A stretch of DNA of 39,727 nt from Patescibacteria group bacterium (lineage in GTDB: Bacteria; Patescibacteriota; Microgenomatia; Levybacterales; UBA12049). Positions 31,634 to 38,482 of this stretch are shown here, piece by piece (positions within the stretch are counted from its first letter, which is position 1; each line of letters begins with the position of its first letter). Under the pieces are notes generated by a model that was given only the letters and a program-made list of their open reading frames with translations, was not told the origin of the DNA and ran no database searches. The stretch lies in NCBI GenBank assembly GCA_023487605.1, contig JAMDEE010000021.1, forward strand, positions 1-39,727, written 5' to 3'. The position numbers and the translations under genes were made by a program.

Positions 31634-32326
31634 TTATAAATCAAAAAGAAAAAAGTCAATGGCTTGGGTCAGTGTAACAGGCAATTTTCCGGATTTGCTT
31701 TGCGAATCTATTTCAAAAAGCCGGTTGTATGCGGTGTGCAGTTTTTCCGGTCCGAATAGTTTTGCCTGAATTTTGAATTTTCCCAACTGCCAGGGAGCCA
31801 GCCTTTTAATTTCGTCTATGGGGTTCTTGTTTTCCGTATCCGACATTGCAAGTAAAATCCTGAATTGTCTGATAATCATAAAAAAAACAAGTTCCGCGGG
31901 TGTTTGTTCCAGAAGTTCATGAAACAGTTTTATATTATTTAGACTCCCGGGTTTAATTGAGTCAACGAATAAAAACATCTTTTGCGGTATTTTGAATAAA
32001 TTTATAGAGGCTTTATTAAAAGCGGAAATGTCGGTTTTTGAAAGTTCGGTTTTTTCCCAAATAACTATTTTTGCTTCATTAGTTTTTTTGTTTAAATAAT
32101 CAACAATTGTTTTAAAGTTGGGATTTGCTTTTTTTGATGAGAACAAATTTTCGATAAATATTTCTTTTTCTTCGTTAAATAAAGACCCGCTTTCGTTACT
32201 TTGCATCAAGTCGGAAATAGTAAATTTTTCGCCGTCAAAAGTAACAGGATTTTTTGCACTCTGACGCTTTGAAATAAAACTATTTCTCGAAGCCGCCGTA
32301 TCATCACCGTGAATAAGCGTAATCAT
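31634..32326 (-). CDS. holA: Short DNA polymerase III delta subunit-like protein
   Basis: 230 aa with N-terminal LIHGDD, an SLF motif and a C-terminal helical region (EIDSQSKSGKL) like HolA domain III. It is much shorter than E. coli HolA. Confidence 0.55.
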   Translation of the reverse strand: MITLIHGDDTAASRNSFISKRQSAKNPVTFDGEKFTISDLMQSNESGSLFNEEKEIFIENLFSSKKANPNFKTIVDYLNKKTNEAKIVIWEKTELSKTDISAFNKASINLFKIPQKMFLFVDSIKPGSLNNIKLFHELLEQTPAELVFFMIIRQFRILLAMSDTENKNPIDEIKRLAPWQLGKFKIQAKLFGPEKLHTAYNRLFEIDSQSKSGKLPVTLTQAIDFFLFDL

Positions 32327-32331
32327 AAGCG

Positions 32332-32712
32332 TTAATGTTTTGAAAGTTTCTTGTACTCTTTAAATAATTTTGCCGCCTGGGTTTCCAAATGCCTGCTTCT
32401 CCCCCGGTGGGGAAGAAGGGCTCCCGAAAAGTTCTTCGGGATATGCAATAATTCATGGATTATAACGTGCTTTTGTTTGTCGCTGTCTAATTTATCGTAA
32501 TATTTAGATAAAACTTCTATAACGTAAGACGGTTCGATATTCAAAGCAGTCTGAAAAATTTTCGGGAAGGCCCAGATTCTGGCATAAGCCCTGGACTTGG
32601 AACCGTGTGTTCTGTAACAATAAATTCTTTCGGGGTTAATATAGTCCAATTTTAAGACTTTTACTATTTTTTTTAAATCCTTTTTAACTTCTTTAGCTTC
32701 TTCCCATTCCAT
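32332..32712 (-). CDS. Small putative zinc metallopeptidase (HExxH)
   Basis: 126 aa with the motif VIIHELLHIPKNFSGALLPH. It resembles small archaeal-type predicted metallopeptidases; this comes from recall only. Confidence 0.5.
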   Translation of the reverse strand: MEWEEAKEVKKDLKKIVKVLKLDYINPERIYCYRTHGSKSRAYARIWAFPKIFQTALNIEPSYVIEVLSKYYDKLDSDKQKHVIIHELLHIPKNFSGALLPHRGRSRHLETQAAKLFKEYKKLSKH

Positions 32713-32790
32713 AAGTTAGTAAATAGTTATTAGCGTGTAGCGTATAGTTAAATCTCAAGCTAAACCCTAAACGCTATTTTCTATACGCCG

Positions 32791-33315
32791 TTAGGTGTGT
32801 TTATCCGCAACATAAGATGCGCCGTAGGCTTCCGGTTTTGTTTTGGCGACGAATCCGTTGCCGGTAACCATTCCGACGACTTCTTTTATCATTTCCCTTG
32901 TGTCTCCGTGTTCCCCGACGTCTACATGGATTTCAAGGTTATACTTGGGGGAATGCCCGTTAAGTCCTTTTTTAAGTAAAGGAACAAATGTGGTTGCAAA
33001 ATTAAGAGAGGTGAGTGTTTCGGCATATATTTTTTCCCTTAAAGAGTGGATATTGCCGACTTCTTTTCTCACCCAAAAATATTTTCCTCCGAATCCTTTT
33101 CTGTGGATGAGTACGGCCGTTACCAGATTGATTTTTTTTGCGCTTCCGTTTGGCGTCCCGTTTTTTTCATGGGAATCGGTACCTATTACAAGGCTATACT
33201 CGGCGTTTGGTTCGTCTTCCAAAAATAACCTTATTAGCTCGATAATTTTGTCCGCTTTTATATTTCCGTGGGTTAAGCTTTGAAAAGACTGCTTATCCAG
33301 ATCGATGCTTTCCAT
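32791..33315 (-). CDS. DUF458/YkuK-like RNase H-fold protein
   Basis: 174 aa with LVIGTDSH, HVDVGEHGDT and GASYVADKH patterns reminiscent of the YkuK family; this comes from recall only. Confidence 0.5.
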   Translation of the reverse strand: MESIDLDKQSFQSLTHGNIKADKIIELIRLFLEDEPNAEYSLVIGTDSHEKNGTPNGSAKKINLVTAVLIHRKGFGGKYFWVRKEVGNIHSLREKIYAETLTSLNFATTFVPLLKKGLNGHSPKYNLEIHVDVGEHGDTREMIKEVVGMVTGNGFVAKTKPEAYGASYVADKHT

Positions 33316-33393
33316 ACCTATATTCAGATTTTTGAAGTCCCTTTAATTTTTTGCTAAAAGATAAGGAGACAGTAGTAGATTATATCACAAGGC

Positions 33394-34560
33394 CTAAAAG
33401 TTTAGAAGCCATTTGAAAAATAAAACGCCTGCCCTGGACACTGTTGCCGTATAATTTGTCCTGCCATTGGCGTTAAAACTTTTAACAGGGAGGACTTCTT
33501 TAATTACGGTTGCGTTCTGCGTTGTTTGATATTTATTTATCTGAGGCTCTCCTTTTATTTTTTTTAAGCTAAAAACAGCCTTGTAGATGTCTGTAGTATC
33601 GGTTCCGGACTTAATAAACGAAAACTGGGCATACGGTCCGGAACCCGCATTAAGTAAGAACGGGGTTACCGCTATAACGTTTTTATCATCCCAGATATTG
33701 CTAAACGCATCACTATAATAAACGGCCTGCACCGACTCCGGGATTTTGTCCGACGACCAGCCGGTTTCAGTTATGAATACGGGTAATGTTTTTCCTCCCA
33801 AACTCTCGGCTAAATTGTCTTCATATCTAAAACTTGATACCCCTTCATAACCGTATTGCAAAGGCGGCTGGGAAAACCCCGGATTTGGGTAGGAATGGCT
33901 CGCAATTCCGTCTATTTCTCCGAAAACCCCCGGCACTGCATAATTCATTTCCCTCATAAAGTCGTATTCGTTTACAGACTTTCCGTTAACGTTAGCAGCC
34001 GCATTATCCAACCCGGCCGAGAGAATAAAGAAATCAGAGCTTCTTTGTTTAAAAACATGCACTGCATAATCCAGAATCTGCGCGTAACCCGCAGGATCGG
34101 GAGTGCCTCCCCATTCGTCGCCGTTATTCGGCTCGTTATAAATAATAACGTACCTGTTTTTGGTCGGCCAGTTGAGGGAATTTAAAAAATTGGCAAAATC
34201 CAAAACATCGTAATTATTTGGCACTTCCCAGGAGCTTTGGTTAAAATAGTCTCCGGTAGTTGCCAGCCTTATTATAGGGATTAGGTGGTATTTTCCGCAG
34301 TTATCCATAAAAGTTTGCCATTTGGTCAGGTCCATGTCGGTTTGCTGGATGGGTATAGTTACATAGCCCCAGTCTCCGCCTGATGAATTAACCAGTTTTG
34401 CGGCATCGGAAAGCTCGGTCGGAAAAAGTATATGAATACCCACACTGTTATTGGGGGTAGAAGTAGGGTCATAAATAGCAAATGCTGTTTTTGTAAACAT
34501 AAAACATAAAACAAAAAACAAAAAAGAGGATAAGAAGGGTAGTATAAAAAAATTTTTCAT
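33394..34560 (-). CDS. Secreted clan GH-A (GH5-like) glycoside hydrolase
   Basis: 388 aa with an N-terminal signal/TM segment. The candidate acid/base motif is IIYNEPN and the candidate nucleophile motif is FITETGW. Confidence 0.6.
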   Translation of the reverse strand: MKNFFILPFLSSFLFFVLCFMFTKTAFAIYDPTSTPNNSVGIHILFPTELSDAAKLVNSSGGDWGYVTIPIQQTDMDLTKWQTFMDNCGKYHLIPIIRLATTGDYFNQSSWEVPNNYDVLDFANFLNSLNWPTKNRYVIIYNEPNNGDEWGGTPDPAGYAQILDYAVHVFKQRSSDFFILSAGLDNAAANVNGKSVNEYDFMREMNYAVPGVFGEIDGIASHSYPNPGFSQPPLQYGYEGVSSFRYEDNLAESLGGKTLPVFITETGWSSDKIPESVQAVYYSDAFSNIWDDKNVIAVTPFLLNAGSGPYAQFSFIKSGTDTTDIYKAVFSLKKIKGEPQINKYQTTQNATVIKEVLPVKSFNANGRTNYTATVSRAGVLFFKWLLNF

Positions 34561-34586
34561 GCTCTGTTATTTTACATCAACAGGTG

Positions 34587-35420
34587 TTAAAGGGGTATCG
34601 GCAGGAAGTTTTGGGAAAGATTAATTTTTAACGTATCATTCAACCAGTGCTTTCCGTGTGCAGGCGCGTAGGCTTGTTCTTTTGCCGGTGTCGGCAAGCC
34701 GGAGGGTTCTTTCGGAAAAGCATATCCTATTATGTGTCCGAAGTCTACGAACCAGGGACTTCTCAAAAGAATATTTTTTGTTCCTATCCTCATTTGTACA
34801 GCGGCGCCCTTAGTCTTGTCGCTTCCTGTTAGTTTAGATACGTCAATTTTCCAAAAATCCTCGGACGCTGCAGTTTTTTCCGATGTTGCTTCCAGGGTTC
34901 CTTTTAATAACCGGCCGGAGCTATAGTCGTAAACTAAACCGAAAGCAAATCCGTCCTTACTTATTTTTCCATTAACTTTCATTAACTTATGTTTTCCTGC
35001 CGGTGCCAGAGACATTTCAAATTTGTCGCCGTTGGGCGGGGTTAAAGTAAGAGAGCGGAAATCCCAGGCGGGGCGGGAGGGTAAGGGTTCCAGGCCCAAG
35101 TCGGCAAGTTCTTCGGGCGTAAAGTCTGTAGGTTCTTCCCTAACGGAAAATGTAGCCACCGCATTTTGTTTAAAGTCCGCACCGGCGGGGGAAAAATACT
35201 CAACCGTAATTGTTTTGTCGTCTGCTTTTCTGACCATACCTAAATTTTGCGCGTCGGTAGACAAAATTTGTTCTCCTGTTGCGTGTCCCGATTCCCAGGT
35301 TAAATCTTTAACGTAATTTCTGAAGTTTGCAATATCAGCAGGCTTAATAGACGCGGGTTGTTCCGGTGTTTTTAAAATTGTCGGTTTTGGACCAAGTTGT
35401 CCTGTTGTTTCTTCCGGCAT
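34587..35420 (-). CDS. Hypothetical protein (277 aa), no recognisable domain, GC-richer than its neighbours
   Basis: The start is moved to the internal ATG 35420 (MPEETTGQ). A terminator hairpin and a TTGTAA-17-TATACT promoter lie inside the 5' extension of the track ORF (up to 35552). Confidence 0.5.
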   Translation of the reverse strand: MPEETTGQLGPKPTILKTPEQPASIKPADIANFRNYVKDLTWESGHATGEQILSTDAQNLGMVRKADDKTITVEYFSPAGADFKQNAVATFSVREEPTDFTPEELADLGLEPLPSRPAWDFRSLTLTPPNGDKFEMSLAPAGKHKLMKVNGKISKDGFAFGLVYDYSSGRLLKGTLEATSEKTAASEDFWKIDVSKLTGSDKTKGAAVQMRIGTKNILLRSPWFVDFGHIIGYAFPKEPSGLPTPAKEQAYAPAHGKHWLNDTLKINLSQNFLPIPL

Positions 35421-35428
35421 ACAAGGGG

Positions 35429-35457
35429 AGTATAGGACAAAATCGGAAATATTACAA
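35429..35457 (-). promoter_or_regulatory. Promoter TTGTAA-17-TATACT, 8 nt upstream of ATG 35420
   Basis: The minus strand reads aatTTGTAAtatttccgattttgtccTATACTccccttgtATG. Confidence 0.45.
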
Positions 35458-35468
35458 ATTTTAGCCGC

Positions 35469-35488
35469 AAAAAAACCCCTTGCGGGGT
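35469..35488 (-). terminator. Intrinsic terminator downstream of the three-gene cassette
   Basis: The minus strand reads ACCCC-gcaa-GGGGT followed by a T run of at least 6. The stem is short and GC-rich with a GNRA-type loop. Confidence 0.45.
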
Positions 35489-35608
35489 CTTTTCGGGGTA
35501 ACTTTATTGCTAAAGTCTCCTGCCTTTTGAAACTTACGTTTCTGAGGTACATGCATTTTAACCTATGTATATAAACATGTCAATAGGGACAAACTAGGTC
35601 AAATCCAG

Positions 35609-35738
35609 TCAATATTATTACAAATATTAGAATGTTTGAGATACTACTTAACCGTTGTAAGGTTGTGAAGTCCGTTTTAACAGCTCAAAGAGGTCTTTTT
35701 TATCCACGCTTATATTCTGTTTAATCCGATTTTGTATT
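35609..35738 (+). repeat. 130-bp direct repeat, left copy
   Basis: Hand-aligned to 36646-36775 with 129/130 identity. The only difference is C at 35621 versus A at 36658. Confidence 0.9.
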
Positions 35739-35769
35739 TCTTTTCTTTTGATGTTGAAAGGTGTTTTTT

Positions 35770-36015
35770 TCACAAATGTATATCTACATCATATACCTTA
35801 ATTGTGTTGTTTGCTGGCTTATATGTAAAACCCCAGTAATGTTTGTTTATTCTAAACCTCCAAAGTTGTCCACCCGAACCAACTAGGGGCTTAAAATCTA
35901 AAGAAGTATAATTTGAATTAGTTTTCAAAAACCCTATTTGCTTATCAAACTTCTTTGTAATTCCAAAACTCTTTGCTTTTTTAATTGCTTTATCATCAAC
36001 AATTACACTAATCAC
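35770..36015 (-). CDS. RelE/ParE-superfamily-like small protein (putative toxin), GTG start
   Basis: 81 aa. The C-terminal pattern GGQLWRFRINKHYWGFTYKPANNTIKVYDVDIH fits the RelE/ParE consensus (W.(F/L)R(I/V)..(Y/H)R..Y...n..I.V..V..H). The GTG overlaps the upstream stop by 8 nt. Confidence 0.5.
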   Translation of the reverse strand: MISVIVDDKAIKKAKSFGITKKFDKQIGFLKTNSNYTSLDFKPLVGSGGQLWRFRINKHYWGFTYKPANNTIKVYDVDIHL

Positions 36016-36295
36016 TATATTCAGGTAAGTCCTTAAGCCCTGCGATTATTCTCTCTAATTGTTCTTCCGTATAAGAACCAGAGGCTTTTAATGAAGCCTT
36101 CAATTTTCCTAAATCAGGAAAATCAAAAGTAGTCATAAATGAAAGTTCGTCAACTTCTGGCATAATATCTTTCCAAACGACACTCCATTTTGGCAATGGT
36201 TGTGGAGACAACGGCATTAGAACCTCATTGATAACACTTAGGTCAAATGCTTCTAAATCCTGAATTTTGTCTAATGTATATGGTTGATTAATCAT
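36008..36295 (-). CDS. Hypothetical acidic 95-aa protein (putative antitoxin position)
   Basis: The start is taken at MINQPYTL (ATG 36295), which overlaps the upstream stop as ATGATTAA. No domain was recognised. Confidence 0.45.
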   Translation of the reverse strand: MINQPYTLDKIQDLEAFDLSVINEVLMPLSPQPLPKWSVVWKDIMPEVDELSFMTTFDFPDLGKLKASLKASGSYTEEQLERIIAGLKDLPEYSD

Positions 36296-36554
36296 CTTGC
36301 TTGCCTTTCTTTTTCTTTTCATGCAGATTTTGCGTTTGCAATATAGTTTGAGCCAAAGCTATACCAGAACCTAATGGAAGAGTTACCCTAGCAACAACCT
36401 GTCCTTTAGTAACATCGCTAGGGTTAATGTAAGCAAATTCTATTGTTAAATCTATATCTGTAACCGTTACTCTTGCGATTTGGGAATAAGCACTTCCCAC
36501 GACAGTACCAGTGTTTATTACAGTTTCTACCGTTTGTGGTGTTTTGTCAGCCAT
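36288..36554 (-). CDS. DUF3467-like small protein (88 aa)
   Basis: The start is taken at MADKTPQ (ATG 36554), 7 nt downstream of TGgTATAAT. The pattern YSQIARVTVTDIDLTIEFAYINP...VVARVTLP...LAQTILQ resembles the DUF3467 consensus; this comes from recall only. Confidence 0.45.
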   Translation of the reverse strand: MADKTPQTVETVINTGTVVGSAYSQIARVTVTDIDLTIEFAYINPSDVTKGQVVARVTLPLGSGIALAQTILQTQNLHEKKKKGKQDD

Positions 36555-36561
36555 TATTGAA

Positions 36562-36570
36562 ATTATACCA
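36562..36570 (-). promoter_or_regulatory. Extended -10 promoter (TGgTATAAT), 7 nt upstream of ATG 36554
   Basis: The minus strand reads cagtaTGGTATAATttcaataATG. No SD is present. Confidence 0.5.
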
Positions 36571-36645
36571 TACTGTCGCAAATTTTCTCACAACCTTCTG
36601 TTTTAATAATATCAAGGCTCTACGTGCTTAAACTACACATTAGCC

Positions 36646-36775
36646 TCAATATTATTAAAAATATTAGAATGTTTGAGATACTACTTAACCGTTGTAAGGT
36701 TGTGAAGTCCGTTTTAACAGCTCAAAGAGGTCTTTTTTATCCACGCTTATATTCTGTTTAATCCGATTTTGTATT
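36646..36775 (+). repeat. 130-bp direct repeat, right copy (continues into the DUF2958 gene)
   Basis: See the left copy. This copy overlaps the first codons of the ORF starting at 36769. Confidence 0.9.
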
Positions 36776-37035
36776 CCAAAGAAAACGAAAAAGATCCGAT
36801 GGTCGTTTGTAAGTTCTTTTTACCTTTAACTAAATGGGCTTGGTACGCAACCGGGTTTGACGGAAAAGACACATTTTTCGGCTTTGTTTGCGGAGAATAT
36901 CCCGAACTCGGATATTTTTCCTTATCTGAACTTGAAAACCTCGAAGGCCCTTACGGCTTAGGCGTTGAACGAGATAGGTATTTCGAACCCGTCAGATTAT
37001 CTGAAATTCAAAGCATTATTCTTAAAAACCGCTAA
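36769..37035 (+). CDS. DUF2958-domain protein (start uncertain; TTG in the track)
   Basis: The sequence LYSKENEKDPMVVCKFFLPLTKWAWYATGFDG...FGFVCGEYPELGYFSLSELENLEGPYGLGVERDRYFEP matches the DUF2958 pattern seen on plasmids and ICEs. The N-terminus may be encoded in another frame upstream. Confidence 0.65.
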   Translation: MYSKENEKDPMVVCKFFLPLTKWAWYATGFDGKDTFFGFVCGEYPELGYFSLSELENLEGPYGLGVERDRYFEPVRLSEIQSIILKNR

Positions 37036-37038
37036 TAC

Positions 37039-37066
37039 TTGCAATTTGTATAATTAATTTTATAAT
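37039..37066 (+). promoter_or_regulatory. Promoter TTGCAA-16-TATAAT, 9 nt upstream of ATG 37076
   Basis: The sequence is TTGCAAtttgtataattaatttTATAATcagtttgtaATG. Confidence 0.45.
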
Positions 37067-37075
37067 CAGTTTGTA

Positions 37076-37504
37076 ATGACAATTGAAGTTGTAAAAGATA
37101 AATCTAAATGGTTTGGTTTAAGGCATGAAAGAAAAGCTAGGGTATTGGAATATAGGTTTTGGGAAGAACAAGTTTCTCCTGGTTTAACTTATTCTGGAAG
37201 TGCTGATGTAGAAATGACACATATGACTTCTATTTTGGCACACGAAAGACGACCGGGTGATTATTTTCAATTCCTACATCCATTATCAGAAAGAAGTTTA
37301 ATGGTTATAACTAAAACTGATATGTTAGATGAAGGGGAAGAAGTTATTTATTCGGGAGATGAAATAAATCAAGCAAATTTAAAAACCCTACGAGGAGAGA
37401 CAGTAGTATATAGAGCAACAAAACCGGGAGATTATCCTCCGCTAGAACCAGGTCAAATAGATACGACTGAAAGAGCTCATAAACAAAACGGTGTTGTAAT
37501 TTGA
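37076..37504 (+). CDS. Hypothetical protein (142 aa)
   Basis: Clean ORF between its own promoter and a terminator. No domain was recognised. Confidence 0.5.
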   Translation: MTIEVVKDKSKWFGLRHERKARVLEYRFWEEQVSPGLTYSGSADVEMTHMTSILAHERRPGDYFQFLHPLSERSLMVITKTDMLDEGEEVIYSGDEINQANLKTLRGETVVYRATKPGDYPPLEPGQIDTTERAHKQNGVVI

Positions 37505-37511
37505 GAAATTT

Positions 37512-37540
37512 AGGGGTCAGGAAACCGATCCCTTTTTATT
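37512..37540 (+). terminator. Intrinsic terminator
   Basis: AGGGGTC-aggaaacc-GATCCCT (one G-U pair) followed by TTTTTATT. Confidence 0.55.
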
Positions 37541-37708
37541 ATAATTCCACTTTATGCAAAATTTGTGCCTTCATCCCCTGATATCGTATTTCTCCCTTTG
37601 TCGTTAAATAAAAAGATAACTCCGAATTAGTTTCGCATAATTTTTCTATTGGATATAGTGATGGAGATAGTATCTGATTATCTGGAACACTTAAATTAGC
37701 CGAATATA

Positions 37709-37897
37709 TCAAGCTAACTCAACAATTGAGTGGTCCCAAATACCAAGATGTGAGCCGGGTGGGACTACACTTCGCCAAGGCTTCGAGTAGCAGGATTTCC
37801 CTGACTGATATTTTTTCAAACGATTTTTTAAATCTGGGGTATATCCTACATAATAACGGGAGGTTGATAGATTATGAAGAATGTATGTATAAAACAT
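37709..37897 (-). pseudogene. Truncated/decayed GIY-YIG nuclease-family gene
   Basis: The N-terminus FYTYILHNLSTSRYYVGYTPDLKNRLKKYQSGK is a typical GIY-YIG motif. The ORF then diverges after about 45 aa and stops at 62 aa. Confidence 0.5.
37864..37893 (+). promoter_or_regulatory. Putative promoter TTGATA-18-TATAAA for the PLD-nuclease operon
   Basis: The sequence is TTGATAgattatgaagaatgtatgTATAAA. It lies inside, and antisense to, the GIY-YIG remnant and predicts a leader of about 110 nt. Confidence 0.35.
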
Positions 37898-38009
37898 AGC
37901 TTGCTATCTGTAGCTTCAGCGAAAGATAGTGACCCGTCGGGACCGAATGCCGTACTGGCAATCAGCCTCTGGGATAACCTGAGGCAAGTATACCAGAATA
38001 AGGAGGAAA

Positions 38010-38459
38010 ATGAATAGCTTTCTTATCTCCAAACTTTACGACGAAACGACCTTCTACCAAGCATTTTTAACCGATTTAGAGGCTTGTAGAAACGAGGTTA
38101 TCATCGAAAGCCCATATATTACCTCCGAAAGAACCAGGCCCTTTATACCTCTTTTTACCCGCTTGATTGAAAAGGGTGTAAAAATATATGTTTTTACCAG
38201 AGACCCTAAGGAACACGAAGAAATTATGGAATACCAGTCGGAAGAAGTGATTTCTTTGTTTGAAAGAATGGGAGCTCAAGTTCTACTTTGTATCGGAAAT
38301 CATCACAGAAAGTTGGCCATCCTAGACCGAAAAGTACTTTACGAAGGAAGTCTTAACATTCTTTCCCAAAACCACAGCCGGGAAATTATGAGAAGAATTC
38401 AATCGAAGAAATTAGCGATGGAAATTTTTCATTTCTTAAAACTTGAAAAATTCCTTTAA
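38010..38459 (+). CDS. Single-HKD phospholipase D-family (Nuc-like) nuclease, no signal peptide
   Basis: 149 aa with an HxK(x)4D motif in GNHHRKLAILD followed by GSLNI. Strong SD (AAGGAGG). Confidence 0.75.
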   Translation: MNSFLISKLYDETTFYQAFLTDLEACRNEVIIESPYITSERTRPFIPLFTRLIEKGVKIYVFTRDPKEHEEIMEYQSEEVISLFERMGAQVLLCIGNHHRKLAILDRKVLYEGSLNILSQNHSREIMRRIQSKKLAMEIFHFLKLEKFL

Positions 38460-38482
38460 AAAGTATAAAAAGGAGGTGACGT

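Noticed and set aside
32731-32788. Alternative short stems (TAGCGT/ACGCTA and GCGTATAG/CTATACGC) in the 78-bp gap between the DUF458-like and metallopeptidase genes.
   Set aside because: The stems are only 6-8 bp and are mutually exclusive, with no T run. Chance occurrence in AT-rich intergenic DNA is plausible, so the evidence for an attenuator or ncRNA is insufficient.
34587-35552. Longer N-terminal extensions proposed by the ORF track: 35552 for the orphan gene, 36581 and 36322 in the cassette, 38934 for XRE, 24901 for rsmI and 17899 for polX.
   Set aside because: The extensions contain terminator hairpins or promoter elements, overlap neighbouring genes, or add non-conserved residues ahead of canonical family N-termini. 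Internal ATGs with appropriate promoter spacing were preferred.
35609-36775. The repeat-flanked cassette as a classical IS, MITE or integron cassette.
   Set aside because: There are no terminal inverted repeats, no transposase and no attC-like imperfect palindrome that I could see. The 130-bp duplication is too long for a target-site duplication. It is kept as a finding under a different interpretation, and an assembly artefact remains an open alternative.
37709-37897. The GIY-YIG ORF as a homing endonuclease inside a group I intron.
   Set aside because: No rRNA, tRNA or conserved protein exon context flanks it, and the ORF itself looks truncated. It is treated as a decayed free-standing gene.
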